DNA from: a candidate division WOR-3 bacterium | GTDB lineage: Bacteria > Hydrothermota > Tepidihabitantia > B3-TA06 | Reading direction: 5' to 3' | Assembly (NCBI GenBank): GCA_965649265.1 | Contig: CBFGKC010000005.1 | Location: 128,629 to 192,628, forward strand | DNA: 64,000 nucleotides | Part shown: positions 8,613 through 18,892 of the stretch, piece by piece | Layout: every line of letters begins with the position of its first letter | Position numbering within the stretch: the first letter of the stretch is position 1 | Notes under the pieces: model-generated | Databases searched by the model: none | Told to the model about the DNA's origin: nothing | Seen by the model: only the letters and a program-made list of their open reading frames with translations | Position numbers and translations under genes: made by a program

Positions 8613-8651
8613 TAAAGGGTAATTTAATAGTCCAAGACCCTGGAGGAATGC

Positions 8652-9758
8652 ATGTCCGATTCACAAGTACCCGAGCCTATTCAATTTATAGATTTCGACG
8701 GAAGGCCGGTGCGAAGTTTTGAAGACCCCCTCACAAGTGACGACTACAAAAAGATTTATTACCAGATGGCCCGTCACCGCCTGGCCGACGACAAGGCGTT
8801 TGCGCTCGTAAGACAAGGCCGCAGCTTCTTTTACGCGCAGGCGGCAGGCCACGAGGCCAGCCAGATAGGCAGCGCATACGCGCTGGGCCCGCAGGACTGG
8901 GTTTTTCCATATCACCGTAGTTCGGCACTTGCGCTCGCAAGAGGGCTTTCGCTGTTCGAGTTTTTCTCGGATATCTTAGGAAAGAAGACCAGCCCGAACC
9001 TGGCGCGTCAGATGCCTAACCACTTTGCAAAAAAGGACTTAAAGCTCGTGACGAGGTCGTCGACCGTGGGCAACCAGATACCGCAGGTGGTGGGCACGGC
9101 ACTCGGCGAGAAGATGAAGGGGACGGACTCGGTCTCGATTGTTTATTTCGGCGACGGCGCCACCGCCGAGGGCGATTTTCACGTGGGCATGAACTTTGCG
9201 GGTGTGTATAAAGTTCCGGCAATCTTTTTTTGCGAAAATAATCAGTACGCGATTTCCGTGCCTGTAAAACTCGAGGCGTCGGCGGAAGCGATTTCGATGG
9301 AGGCGTGCGGGTATGAGTTTTCCGGATACCGGGTCGACGGAAACGACGTAGTTGCCATATATATCGTGACGAAGCAGGTGGTCGAGAAAGCCCGCAAGGG
9401 AGGGGGGCCGAGCCTTATTGAGGCGGTGACCTACCGCTACGGCTCGCACTCGTCTGCAGACGATGCCAAACGCTACAGAACGTCCGACGAGGAAAAGGAG
9501 TGGCACAAGCGAGACCCGATCAAGCGTCTCATAGGTTACATGAAATACAAAGGTTACTGGAACGAGGAGTGGCAGAAGGACGTCGACGCGAAAGTTACGG
9601 AGGAGGTGCGCATGGCCATGGAGCAGGCGGAAAAGGAACCCGATCCTGAGCCCGAGACTATATTCTCGGATGTATTCACGGATATGCCGTGGCATCTGAA
9701 ACGTCAGCAAGCGGAGCTCTTAGAGCATCTTAAGAAATACTCCAAGGCCGGGCACTAG
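8652..9758 (+). CDS. pdhA: 2-oxoacid (pyruvate / branched-chain) dehydrogenase E1 alpha
   Basis: TPP motif GDGATAEGDFH..ENNQYAIS; HSSADD..YR. Confidence 0.93.
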   Translation: MSDSQVPEPIQFIDFDGRPVRSFEDPLTSDDYKKIYYQMARHRLADDKAFALVRQGRSFFYAQAAGHEASQIGSAYALGPQDWVFPYHRSSALALARGLSLFEFFSDILGKKTSPNLARQMPNHFAKKDLKLVTRSSTVGNQIPQVVGTALGEKMKGTDSVSIVYFGDGATAEGDFHVGMNFAGVYKVPAIFFCENNQYAISVPVKLEASAEAISMEACGYEFSGYRVDGNDVVAIYIVTKQVVEKARKGGGPSLIEAVTYRYGSHSSADDAKRYRTSDEEKEWHKRDPIKRLIGYMKYKGYWNEEWQKDVDAKVTEEVRMAMEQAEKEPDPEPETIFSDVFTDMPWHLKRQQAELLEHLKKYSKAGH

Positions 9759-9764
9759 GAGGCT

Positions 9765-10742
9765 ATGATGGCTACAATGACTATCGTTCAGGCCGTGAAG
9801 GACGCGTTAAGGGAAGCGCTAAGGGCTGACGAAAAGGTGCTCGTCTTCGGCGAGGACGTGGGTCAGGCGGGCGGGGTGTTTCTCGCGACCGACGGTCTCC
9901 AGAAGGAGTTCGGGGACAAGAGGGTTTTTGATACGCCGCTCTCCGAGGAGGGCATCCTCGGACTTGCCGTAGGTCTCGCGATAGACGGGTTCATACCGGT
10001 TCCCGAGATCCAGTTCGTGGATTTCATCTATCCCGGGTACGACATGCTGGTCTCCGAGATCGCCAAGTACCACTACCGTTCGGGCGGCCAGTATTCGCTG
10101 CCCATGGTCATTCGCGCGCCTTACGGAGGCGGCATCCGCGGCGGTCACTACCACTCGCAGTCGCCGGAGGCCTACTTCGCACACACTCCAGGTCTCAAGG
10201 TTGTGATACCGTCGAATCCTTATGACACAAAGGGTCTGCTCCTGGCCGCGATAGAGGACCCGGACCCAGTGCTTTTCCTCGAACCGAAGAAGATATACCG
10301 CGCGGTAAAGGGGGACGTACCCGAAGGTAGATATACGATTCCAATCGGCAAGGCGAGCATTGTCAAGGAGGGCAAGGACGTAACCGTGGTCGCATACGGA
10401 AACATGCTCCACGCGGCGACAAGCGCGGCCGATATGGCGCAAAAGGAAGGAATCTCCCTCGAGATCATCGACCTGAGAACGATTCTTCCATACGACGGCG
10501 AGGCGATACTGGCTTCGGTCCGCAAGACCGGCCGCTTCGTGCCCGTTGTTGAAGCGCCTTCCATTGCGTCGATGGCATCCGAGTTCTCCGCTTTCGTCGC
10601 CGAGAACGCGCTCGAGTACCTTAGTGCGCCGATAGTGCGTGTGACAGGCTTCGACACCCCCTACCCTTACGCGCTCGACCACCTGTATCAGCCCGATGCC
10701 GCGAGGATTCTGGATGCCGTCAAACGAGTGATGAGTTACTAA
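9765..10742 (+). CDS. pdhB: 2-oxoacid dehydrogenase E1 beta
   Basis: GEDVG..GGVF; DTPLSE; EIQF.DF; HSQSPEA. Confidence 0.94.
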   Translation: MMATMTIVQAVKDALREALRADEKVLVFGEDVGQAGGVFLATDGLQKEFGDKRVFDTPLSEEGILGLAVGLAIDGFIPVPEIQFVDFIYPGYDMLVSEIAKYHYRSGGQYSLPMVIRAPYGGGIRGGHYHSQSPEAYFAHTPGLKVVIPSNPYDTKGLLLAAIEDPDPVLFLEPKKIYRAVKGDVPEGRYTIPIGKASIVKEGKDVTVVAYGNMLHAATSAADMAQKEGISLEIIDLRTILPYDGEAILASVRKTGRFVPVVEAPSIASMASEFSAFVAENALEYLSAPIVRVTGFDTPYPYALDHLYQPDAARILDAVKRVMSY

Positions 10743-10749
10743 GGAGGCG

Positions 10750-12177
10750 ATGATGGCTTACGAATTCAAGATGCCGATGGTTGCCGAAAGCGTCGTCGAG
10801 GGCGAGATTGGCCACTGGCTTGTAAAAGTAGGGGATTTTGTAAAGCGCGACCAGCCGCTCGTGGAGGTGCTTACGGACAAGGTGAACGTCGAAATCCCCT
10901 CCCCTTACGAGGGATATCTTTTGAGGATTGACGCGCCCGAAGGCAAGGTGGCCAAGGTCGGAGAGCTTCTTGCCGTGCTGGGAGAAAAAGGCGAACCCGT
11001 ACCCCTGCGGGGCACTCCCATCAGCAACGCAGAATCTAAGGAAGTAACACCCGTACCCGTAACACAACCCGTAACACAACCCGTGACGCAACCTACCGCC
11101 CCCCCCTCGCCCTCCACCGTAACACCCGTAACACAGCCCTCCTCCCCGTCCCCCTCAGAGACACCAGGGGTTGAGAAATCTTCGACGCCTCCCTCTCCTC
11201 CAAAGGAAGAAGCCAGGATCGTGACTCCACCTGAAAAGGCCGACTCGCAACCCGCATCAGCCACCGATGCTGCGGTAAAAGCCATGCCGCGAGCACGCAA
11301 ACTGGCAAAGGAACTCAGTGTTGACCTGTCGCTCGTTCGCGGCACCGGCAAGAACGCAACAATTACGGAAGAAGATGTACGAAAATATGGAATGTCCTCC
11401 TCAACCCTAACCGCACCCCCCTCCTCAGCCATACTTCCTAATCGAGATCAAATGTCAGAAGGTGTGTTACGGGAAAGGGTATCACGAATTCCGTTTAAAG
11501 GCGTGCGCAGGATTGTTGCCGTGAACATGAGAAAGTCCCTTGACCAGGTGGCCCAGACCCTTCACGTGGACGAAGCCGACGTAACCGACCTCGTCGCCCT
11601 GCGCGAGGCGGAGAAGCGCAAGGCCGAGGAAAAAGGCGTCAAGCTTACCTATCTGCCGTTCTTTATCAAGGCGATAACGGCCGCGCTCAAAAAGTATCCG
11701 TACGTGAACGCCTCGCTCGACTTAGAGGCGGGAGAGATAGTTCTCAAGCACTACTACAATATAGGCATAGCGACGAACACGGACGAAGGTCTGGTTGTTC
11801 CCGTGCTCAAAGATGCGGACAAGAAGGACATATGGACGCTGGCAGCTGAGATAGCCGAGCTGGCTGAGAGGGCGAGAGCGGGCAGGCTGGCCCTGGAGGA
11901 CGTGCAGGATTCGACTTTTTCGATCACCAATATCGGCTCCCTGCGCGGACAAATCTCTTTTCCGATAATCAACCTCCCCAACGCGGCCATTGTCGGAATT
12001 CAATCGATAACCAAACGCCCGGTGGTGCGCAACGGGGAGATAGTCGTAAGGGATATGGTAAACCTTTCGCTCGCCTTCGATCACCGCGTGTTCGACGGCG
12101 CCACGGCCTCGGCGTTCACAACGGAGATTATCAGAAGAGTGGAAACCCCGGCCCTGCTCTTCTGGGACGAGGGCTAG
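10750..12177 (+). CDS. pdhC: Dihydrolipoamide acyltransferase E2
   Basis: Lipoyl TDKV; E3-binding ARKLAKE..GTG; catalytic DHRVFDG; long P/T/S linker. Confidence 0.94.
   Translation: MMAYEFKMPMVAESVVEGEIGHWLVKVGDFVKRDQPLVEVLTDKVNVEIPSPYEGYLLRIDAPEGKVAKVGELLAVLGEKGEPVPLRGTPISNAESKEVTPVPVTQPVTQPVTQPTAPPSPSTVTPVTQPSSPSPSETPGVEKSSTPPSPPKEEARIVTPPEKADSQPASATDAAVKAMPRARKLAKELSVDLSLVRGTGKNATITEEDVRKYGMSSSTLTAPPSSAILPNRDQMSEGVLRERVSRIPFKGVRRIVAVNMRKSLDQVAQTLHVDEADVTDLVALREAEKRKAEEKGVKLTYLPFFIKAITAALKKYPYVNASLDLEAGEIVLKHYYNIGIATNTDEGLVVPVLKDADKKDIWTLAAEIAELAERARAGRLALEDVQDSTFSITNIGSLRGQISFPIINLPNAAIVGIQSITKRPVVRNGEIVVRDMVNLSLAFDHRVFDGATASAFTTEIIRRVETPALLFWDEG
11043..11135 (+). repeat. CCCGTAACA-type repeats encoding the VTP/VTQP linker of E2
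   Basis: GTAACACCCGTACCCGTAACACAACCCGTAACACAACCCGTG...CCGTAACACCCGTAACA. Confidence 0.8.
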
Positions 12178-12396
12178 CTTTCGCGATTGGGCCCGAAATA
12201 TCTGGATTAATGTTGACAGACCCCAGGTTTTTTTGAAGTAATGGGCGATTTCTTGAGCTTCAACTCATTTTCCTCGTGTAATTTCGGTATTTATGGAGGA
12301 GAGTCTTTAAGCATCCAGTCGACTTTTGGGGGGACTTGACAAGAATCTTTAGGCAGATAGAATTAACGACATCAAAAACCAATGGAGGTTTAACCA

Positions 12397-13029
12397 ATGA
12401 AGAAAACCCTTGCTATCGTTTTCGCTTTTGCGCTTGTGCTCGGTTTCGCGGGCTGCAGCATCTTTGGCGGCAGTGTTGATTACTTCCCCGTTAAAGAAGG
12501 TAAAGTCTGGACGTACGAAACTGTAAAGCACGATTCAACCTATTACATCATGGGCGACAGCTCCGTAGTGAAAGATTCAACGTGGGAGACCACCTCGACA
12601 TGCATCGGAGAAACCACGCTTGACAACGGCACGAAGGTCTGGGCGTTCGAGAGCGCTACTTCAGACACGTCGTACATGGAACTCGGGAAAGACACCGTTT
12701 ACTTCTATGCCGCCAAGACCGACACCGTTTCTCTATACGGCATACCCAAGGACCTCAAGGTTGGCACCACATGGGCAATCCCGGTAAACGACACGCTTGA
12801 CATTACATGGAAAGCGGAATCTACCGAAGACGTGACGGTCACCGCAGGCACCTATGCAGGCGCTCTCAAGATATCCGTGACCACTCCCGGCTTGGAAATG
12901 GAAAACTGGCAGTGGTGGGACAAGGACGCAGGCTCTGTTAAAGGCTATACAAAATTCGTAATGACAGTACCTGACTACATGTATATGTCTTCCGAAAACA
13001 CCACCCAGCTCAAATCAGTCACAAACTAA
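12397..13029 (+). CDS. Beta-rich lipoprotein of unknown function (YFP..G..W.Y / V.V.AGT type)
   Basis: Lipobox FAGC; promoter TTGACA-N16-TAGAAT at 12336; SD GGAGG. Confidence 0.8.
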   Translation: MKKTLAIVFAFALVLGFAGCSIFGGSVDYFPVKEGKVWTYETVKHDSTYYIMGDSSVVKDSTWETTSTCIGETTLDNGTKVWAFESATSDTSYMELGKDTVYFYAAKTDTVSLYGIPKDLKVGTTWAIPVNDTLDITWKAESTEDVTVTAGTYAGALKISVTTPGLEMENWQWWDKDAGSVKGYTKFVMTVPDYMYMSSENTTQLKSVTN

Positions 13030-13047
13030 CAACGAGAGAGTTTTTTT

Positions 13048-13074
13048 AAGCGGGGCCTCGGCCCCGCTTTTTTT
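13048..13074 (+). terminator. Intrinsic terminator
   Basis: AAGCGGGGCC-TC-GGCCCCGCTT followed by a T run. Confidence 0.85.
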
Positions 13075-13215
13075 ACAATCCGGTAAAAATCCCTTTAAAT
13101 CTTCACCGGGCTTCCCTTATTCGATTGCAGGCTTTTTTAAGCGGTTGTCCTGTTGACAAAAAACGGAAGTGATGATACTCTTTTATATACCGTGTATCCA
13201 GATTTAGGAGGAAAA

Positions 13216-13977
13216 ATGGAAAGAAGGATCGTGACATTAATCACAGCTTTTATCCTGTTGATTTGCCTGGCGGACTGCGAGGAACAATTGGATATCAGCA
13301 ATCCCGGAGGACAAAAACAAATACCGCAGGGGTTTGAAGGGGCAGGTTCGGGTCCCTATCACACTTTTGCGTTGGGCAAAAAGTGGGAGTATGAGGGAAT
13401 AATCCATGAAAGTATTGACTATCCTGAAGGTTTGGGTGTTGCAGACACATCCTGGACGGAGAAAACCAGAGACATAAGCGAGGTCATAAGAGAAACCGAA
13501 CTCACCGGTACGCTTCCTGTCCTGGTCTGGGAGGTGAAAACGTCACATTACTTAAACGATACGTTCAACTTTGACGATTATTACTACGTTCATGTCGACG
13601 TTGATTCAGCCTACTTTTACGATGAAATTTACGATTCGGTACCTGTTTCGGTCAGTCCTGCGAAGCTCGGGCTGGGCGACGAGTGGATACAGGTTTTTCA
13701 GCTGAGCGACACCGCAACAGATACGATCAAATACAAGGTCATTGCGGATAACGTTGAGGCCAACGGGTATTCCCCTTGTTTGAAGATAGAGGTAACCTTT
13801 CCAAACACGGAAATGTTTGCAGAATACGAGCAGTTCCAGTACTGGGCAAAGAACGAGGGAAGCGTTCTCTCTACTATCCACCAGAAGATGATTTACGATT
13901 TGGGCGAAGAGGGACAAATGATCATTACAATAGAGGACACCATAAGACTCCTAGGAGACCTGGGCATAGTGGAGTGA
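13216..13977 (+). CDS. Probable lipoprotein, distant paralog of 12397-13029
   Basis: ATG 13216 after AGGAGG; G.KW.Y, LKI.VT and W.K..GSV shared with the upstream gene. Confidence 0.75.
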   Translation: MERRIVTLITAFILLICLADCEEQLDISNPGGQKQIPQGFEGAGSGPYHTFALGKKWEYEGIIHESIDYPEGLGVADTSWTEKTRDISEVIRETELTGTLPVLVWEVKTSHYLNDTFNFDDYYYVHVDVDSAYFYDEIYDSVPVSVSPAKLGLGDEWIQVFQLSDTATDTIKYKVIADNVEANGYSPCLKIEVTFPNTEMFAEYEQFQYWAKNEGSVLSTIHQKMIYDLGEEGQMIITIEDTIRLLGDLGIVE

Positions 13978-14245
13978 TTTTTGGCACGGTAAGGGATTTT
14001 TTTGAATGAGTGCATGGCAAAGGGACGACAATTACGTAATTATTATGGAGTTCTGCCAGGCGTTTGAATCTTAAGACAGGAAGTTGCCCCTCACCTTCAT
14101 TCATTAGCAAGGTTTTTAGTAATAAATCTCGATCCCCCCTTTATGGGGTATTGGTTTTGAATCTCTCGGGACCTTTGACAGGAAGTCATAAAGGATTATA
14201 ATGCCTGCAAGTTTTGACGATATGTGCTAAACCAAGGAGAAGTCA

Positions 14246-16462
14246 ATGCAATACAGAAGTCTTTCGCCCTTGGTGTTTTTGAGTGCGGCTATTCTGATTT
14301 TACCCTTAACAGTCCCGGCACAAGATGTAGCCCTTGCCGATTCGGAGGGCTCGCTTTCATACAACATAAGCGTGCCTTCGTTCGAGTTCAAAATACTTGA
14401 GTCGGGAAAGACAAGGATTTTAATGCCTGGAGCCGATTACGGCCTAGAGCCCGGACTGCCCAATCTTCCGACTCTTTCGTACACTTTCGCCCTTCCGCCC
14501 GGAACAAAGGCTGACAGAATTGAGGTAAGCGGCGCAAGAGGACCTCTTGAAGGAAAGTGGGACGTTGAAACCCAGCCGCTGCCCTTGCCTTTGGCCGGTT
14601 CCTCCTGCGCGTTTCTTGAATCCATGTACAGGGATAACCAGGAGAAAGTTCTTGTCGGACAAACATGCCCGCAAGAACTAGGCAGACTTGTAACCTCTTC
14701 AAATCGCAGGGAGTACTCGCTCGCCACCATCGTGCTCTACCCTGTATCGTACGACCCTGCAGACCAGAAGCTCTCATCGGCAAGCGACTTATCGGTGACA
14801 ATCCATTATTCGCCGATTGAGGCTGACGGCGCAAGGCTGGTTAAGGAGTTCATAGACGCCGGGACCCTGGATGCCGACGTACCCCCGGAGGTGTTCAACA
14901 AGGATCAGGCAAGAACCTGGTACAGACCCGGGGATCGCCTTTCGGCCAAGCCAGGGCTTCTAATAATCACCACGGGAGGACTACTGACTACCCTTGAGAG
15001 TTACATCGGATGGCGAGAAAGCCAGGGATACACTGTGAAGGCCATAAGCAAGGAAAAGATCCTCGGGACGAACGTTACGGGCGTTGACCTGCAGGAGAAG
15101 ATTCGCAACTGGTTGAGATTGAACGCTGCAAAATACCAGTATCTCCTCATTGTGGCTCACAACAACGACATACCTATGCGAACATTACACGGCTACGGCA
15201 ACGATCCCTCTCAGGATCCGGGATGGTACTATCCGGCGATCTCAGACGTTTACTATGGTGACATTTCGCTGGCCGACAATTATTCGTGGGATGCAGACGG
15301 CGATAGATTCTACGGCGAAGTGCTGCCTAACGGATCCGGGCCTAACGTAGATAAACCCGACCTGGCGATGGAACTCCACGTTGGACGCATAAACACTTCA
15401 GACGCCTCAAGGGTCAAAAAGATTCTCGACAAGATTCAGGCTTTTGAGACCACCTCGGAGCAGGAATACAAAAAGAACGCCGTCGTCTCGGCGGGCATTC
15501 CCTTCTATCCCAGATCGGTTTCGGATTCCGGTCTTGACGGCGCCATATTCATGGAGTACCTGCAGGATGCAGAAATCCTTGACCGTTCCTTGACCACCAC
15601 GCTTTATGAAACAGGTGGAGATTTGCCCACAAAATATGAATGCGATCTCCCGGAGACCCATGACAACCTGGTATCAACATTGAAAAACACTAATGCAGGT
15701 GTTTTTGTCGAATACAATCACGGCTCCCCGACTACGTTCGCCCGATTCATCGTTCACGACAACAACGGCGACGGCTATTTTCAAGACGGCGAGGAGGAAT
15801 GGTTCACGTGCCTTTCTACCGGCGACGCCTGGAACCTTAACAGCGAACATCCAACGGTCGCTTTCCTTATGTCCTGCGTAAACGGCAGGCCCGAGGAGCA
15901 GCCGGTCTGTCTTGCTCAGTCGCTTTTGAATTACGGCAGCGTGGCCACCGTCGCTCACACCCGGGTTTCCTACTCAGGCGGATGGCATACCCCTGCAAAC
16001 GGCGGATTCGAATGCCTTTTTTACGAGGACATAAAGGCTTTTGCCCAGGACGGCAAAACTCTCGGCGAAGCCGTCAGCAACGCCAGGCCGGTTCTGCGTG
16101 AAAAGGAACCGGATTGGTTCTTTTTAAACGGCTACACCCACGTACTCTTCGGCGATCCCCTGCTCAAGCTCATAGGCATTCCTGCGGCCGCGATCGGAGA
16201 GGAACCTATTGTTCAAAATAAGGCTCATCTTAAAGTCGGTGCTGATAACACGGTATGCTACGCCCTGCCCGCCGAAGGTTACGCGAGAATAGAGGTGTGG
16301 GACGTTTCAGGACGCAAGGTCTCCACTCTTCTTTCGGGCTCGGTTGCACAGGGCCCTCACCAGGTGTCCTTAAACTCAACCGGGCTTGCAACCGGAACCT
16401 ACTTTGTGACCCTGCGCGCGCAAGGAATCGTCTTGACTGCGAAGGCGGTCATTACAAAATAA
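14246..16462 (+). CDS. Secreted C25 (gingipain-like) cysteine peptidase with propeptide and T9SS-like CTD
   Basis: Signal peptide; PGLPNLP propeptide; SDVYY.D, VGRI, NHGS, MSCVNG, LFGDP; WDVSGRKV..GTYFV; promoter TTGACA-N16-TATAAT at 14175. Confidence 0.88.
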   Translation: MQYRSLSPLVFLSAAILILPLTVPAQDVALADSEGSLSYNISVPSFEFKILESGKTRILMPGADYGLEPGLPNLPTLSYTFALPPGTKADRIEVSGARGPLEGKWDVETQPLPLPLAGSSCAFLESMYRDNQEKVLVGQTCPQELGRLVTSSNRREYSLATIVLYPVSYDPADQKLSSASDLSVTIHYSPIEADGARLVKEFIDAGTLDADVPPEVFNKDQARTWYRPGDRLSAKPGLLIITTGGLLTTLESYIGWRESQGYTVKAISKEKILGTNVTGVDLQEKIRNWLRLNAAKYQYLLIVAHNNDIPMRTLHGYGNDPSQDPGWYYPAISDVYYGDISLADNYSWDADGDRFYGEVLPNGSGPNVDKPDLAMELHVGRINTSDASRVKKILDKIQAFETTSEQEYKKNAVVSAGIPFYPRSVSDSGLDGAIFMEYLQDAEILDRSLTTTLYETGGDLPTKYECDLPETHDNLVSTLKNTNAGVFVEYNHGSPTTFARFIVHDNNGDGYFQDGEEEWFTCLSTGDAWNLNSEHPTVAFLMSCVNGRPEEQPVCLAQSLLNYGSVATVAHTRVSYSGGWHTPANGGFECLFYEDIKAFAQDGKTLGEAVSNARPVLREKEPDWFFLNGYTHVLFGDPLLKLIGIPAAAIGEEPIVQNKAHLKVGADNTVCYALPAEGYARIEVWDVSGRKVSTLLSGSVAQGPHQVSLNSTGLATGTYFVTLRAQGIVLTAKAVITK

Positions 16463-16578
16463 TTCGAATGCAGGCGGCCTCCTCAAGAAAGCTTGCCCGG
16501 CATGCCAGGACTGACTGAATCGACGAGGAGGGGGGCGGGGGGTCTTACGAGTGGATTAGAAAAGAAACGAGCGAAGGT

Positions 16579-17424
16579 ATGTCGCAGGAATTCGAGGTCT
16601 CAAACGATCTGCGGATGAATAAATACAATTCAAAAGAAGCCAGGGAGTTCGCCAGGAGGGCCCTGGTCATGATAGAAGGCGAAGACGAAAAGGGCTTCTT
16701 TGAGGTTCTCGATAGATTGACCAAGAGCAAATCAGGGTTTTCTGTCCTGAGACTCTTCGGCACCTGTATCGGTGAGGGAGCGCTCTCTTCCCCGGATAAG
16801 TACTTTGCCTTGTTTGCAAGAATCATGCACAGGCCGAGGGAGGAAAGCTACGATCCACGCGTACACGACTCGAGTACTCGCGGCATCGAGAAAAACATAT
16901 CCGCCCTCGTGTACGGGGCAAGGACTGCTATCGTCGGTTCCGCCTTCACGGAAATGCGCAAGGATCACTGGCGGCGAATAGTCTCGGAGATAGAGCGATA
17001 CAACGTCGAGTTCGGCGAATGGTACGTAGTAGACTCGTGGTGCCATTACCCAATGGGATTCATAATCGCCGAACATCCGAATGAGATGGTTGAAAAACTT
17101 ACCGAGTGGTCTGAGAGCTCGAATTTCTGGTTCCGCAAAGCCTCGGCCGTATACATGCACGCGCTGTTCGTCGGCTACCCCGGACGCGACATCTCCCCCT
17201 ACCTTAGAATTCTCGACGGTCTTATCCTTGACGGCAACGCCAAGGTCCGCATAGGTGTTGCCTGGGCTCTTCGTGAGATGGCCAAAAATTACCAGCCCCC
17301 ACTTCTTGACTTCCTCAAGAAGTGGAGTAAGGTTGAAGGCGTGAATAAGCTCATATTTAGAGAGGCATTAAAGAAGCTGGATAGGGACGCAAGAAAGGAG
17401 GCGTTGAGATGGATAAAACTTTGA
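16579..17424 (+). CDS. AlkD-like HEAT-repeat DNA alkylation repair protein
   Basis: WYVVD; W..S.NFW.RK; VRIGVAWALRE; REALKKL. Confidence 0.72.
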   Translation: MSQEFEVSNDLRMNKYNSKEAREFARRALVMIEGEDEKGFFEVLDRLTKSKSGFSVLRLFGTCIGEGALSSPDKYFALFARIMHRPREESYDPRVHDSSTRGIEKNISALVYGARTAIVGSAFTEMRKDHWRRIVSEIERYNVEFGEWYVVDSWCHYPMGFIIAEHPNEMVEKLTEWSESSNFWFRKASAVYMHALFVGYPGRDISPYLRILDGLILDGNAKVRIGVAWALREMAKNYQPPLLDFLKKWSKVEGVNKLIFREALKKLDRDARKEALRWIKL

Positions 17425-17804
17425 TGACATCGAGGCTGTGGGTAAAAGTCGTCCGGTATTTCGGAAGAGCGTTGCTTATATTGTGGGCAGGATTCTGGAT
17501 ATACTTCGCTTTTGCATCCGCACTCTCGGAAGTCTATGCCGATCCGGACACCAATGCGCTCGGCTGGGTGATCGTAATCACGGGAACCCTGCTTCTTGTC
17601 GGCGGGGCGATCATCCCCTGGATATGGGAACGCCTCGGCGGTTTTGTGCTGCTTGGGATCGGGACATTCCTGTTTGTCTTCTTTCTTATCTCCGCCCGAT
17701 TCCATTTCAATATCTGGATGCTTCTTCTGATTCTTCCCGCATTCGTTTCGGGAACTCTCTCCCTGGTTTGCGGGTATGTAGACCGGAAACCGAACCCTGC
17801 CTAG
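17409..17804 (+). CDS. Small 4-TM membrane protein
   Basis: Four hydrophobic segments; W.WE.LGG. Confidence 0.7.
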   Translation: MDKTLMTSRLWVKVVRYFGRALLILWAGFWIYFAFASALSEVYADPDTNALGWVIVITGTLLLVGGAIIPWIWERLGGFVLLGIGTFLFVFFLISARFHFNIWMLLLILPAFVSGTLSLVCGYVDRKPNPA

Positions 17805-17813
17805 AAGAATCCA

Positions 17814-18287
17814 GTGGACGTAACCTGCCGCCGGGCGACCGTTGAGGATGTCGAAGCACTTACGGAACTCCGGATTCGATTCCTTGCCGAGCATACACCT
17901 GCGCCGAAGGATACGGAATATGAGGCGCTGAGGAAGGAACTAAGGAAATACTTCACCGAAAACATTCCGAAAGAGAGCTTCATCGCATGGCTGGCCGAGT
18001 CCGGCAACAGAATAGTCGCCACGAGCGGGATGGTCATGTGGCAAATGCCTGCAAACCACTTCGTGAAGAACGGAAAACAGGGCTACATCCTCAACATGTA
18101 CACGCTTCCGGAGTTCAGGGGGAGGGGGATATGCACCGCTCTTCTCGAGAAATTAATCGGTGACGCAAAAGCCCTCGGCCTGGCACGGCTGCACCTTCAC
18201 GCATCCAAGATGGGCGAGCCCATATACCGCAAGCGCGGGTTTGCTGAGCCTGGGGACGTCGAGCTGATTTTGGGTCTGGAATCGTGA
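17814..18287 (+). CDS. GNAT N-acetyltransferase
   Basis: NMYTLPEFRGRGIC; LHAS..G..IY.K.GF. Confidence 0.88.
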   Translation: MDVTCRRATVEDVEALTELRIRFLAEHTPAPKDTEYEALRKELRKYFTENIPKESFIAWLAESGNRIVATSGMVMWQMPANHFVKNGKQGYILNMYTLPEFRGRGICTALLEKLIGDAKALGLARLHLHASKMGEPIYRKRGFAEPGDVELILGLES

Positions 18288-18892
18288 AAGTCATAATCGA
18301 AGAAGTCATCCCTGCCCGGCTCGCGGAGTACGCCTCGATCCCGATGACCCTCGAAGTGCGCTCCATCCTCGCAGTCGAGGATGTCGAGAAGGGACTCGGA
18401 GGATTGAGGCTTCGTGAGGAGAAGGTCGAGAAACCGTACGTCAAGGACTACGATTCCTACGAGGACCTCTACTCGAATGAAGCGGAGGGATGCGGCCCGG
18501 AGAGCTGGGCCGTGCAGTTCGACATCTCGAACTGGGGTCTCTTCATCGCGTTTGACGGGGAAAGCCCTGTTGGAGCCGCCGCCGTGGCATGGAACACCGC
18601 GGGGGTAAACATGCTCGAGGGAAGAACGGACATCGCCGTGCTTTGGGACATCCGCGTTCACCCTCGCTCGAAAGGCCAGGGTGTCGGTGCCGCACTCTTC
18701 GATCACGCCGTCCGCTGGGCGCGCACGAGGGGCTGCAAACTCTTGAAGATCGAAACCCAGAACGTGAACGTCCCGGCCTGTCGTTTCTATATCAAGCTGG
18801 GCTGTCATCTCGGTCAAATAAACCGCTACGGGTATTACGGTCACCCCCAGGTCTCGAACGAGGTGATGCTCATCTGGTATCTTGACTTATGA
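18284..18892 (+). CDS. GNAT acetyltransferase (streptothricin-acetyltransferase-like)
   Basis: LWDIRVHP..KGQGVG; ETQNVNVPACRFY. Confidence 0.85.
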   Translation: MKVIIEEVIPARLAEYASIPMTLEVRSILAVEDVEKGLGGLRLREEKVEKPYVKDYDSYEDLYSNEAEGCGPESWAVQFDISNWGLFIAFDGESPVGAAAVAWNTAGVNMLEGRTDIAVLWDIRVHPRSKGQGVGAALFDHAVRWARTRGCKLLKIETQNVNVPACRFYIKLGCHLGQINRYGYYGHPQVSNEVMLIWYLDL

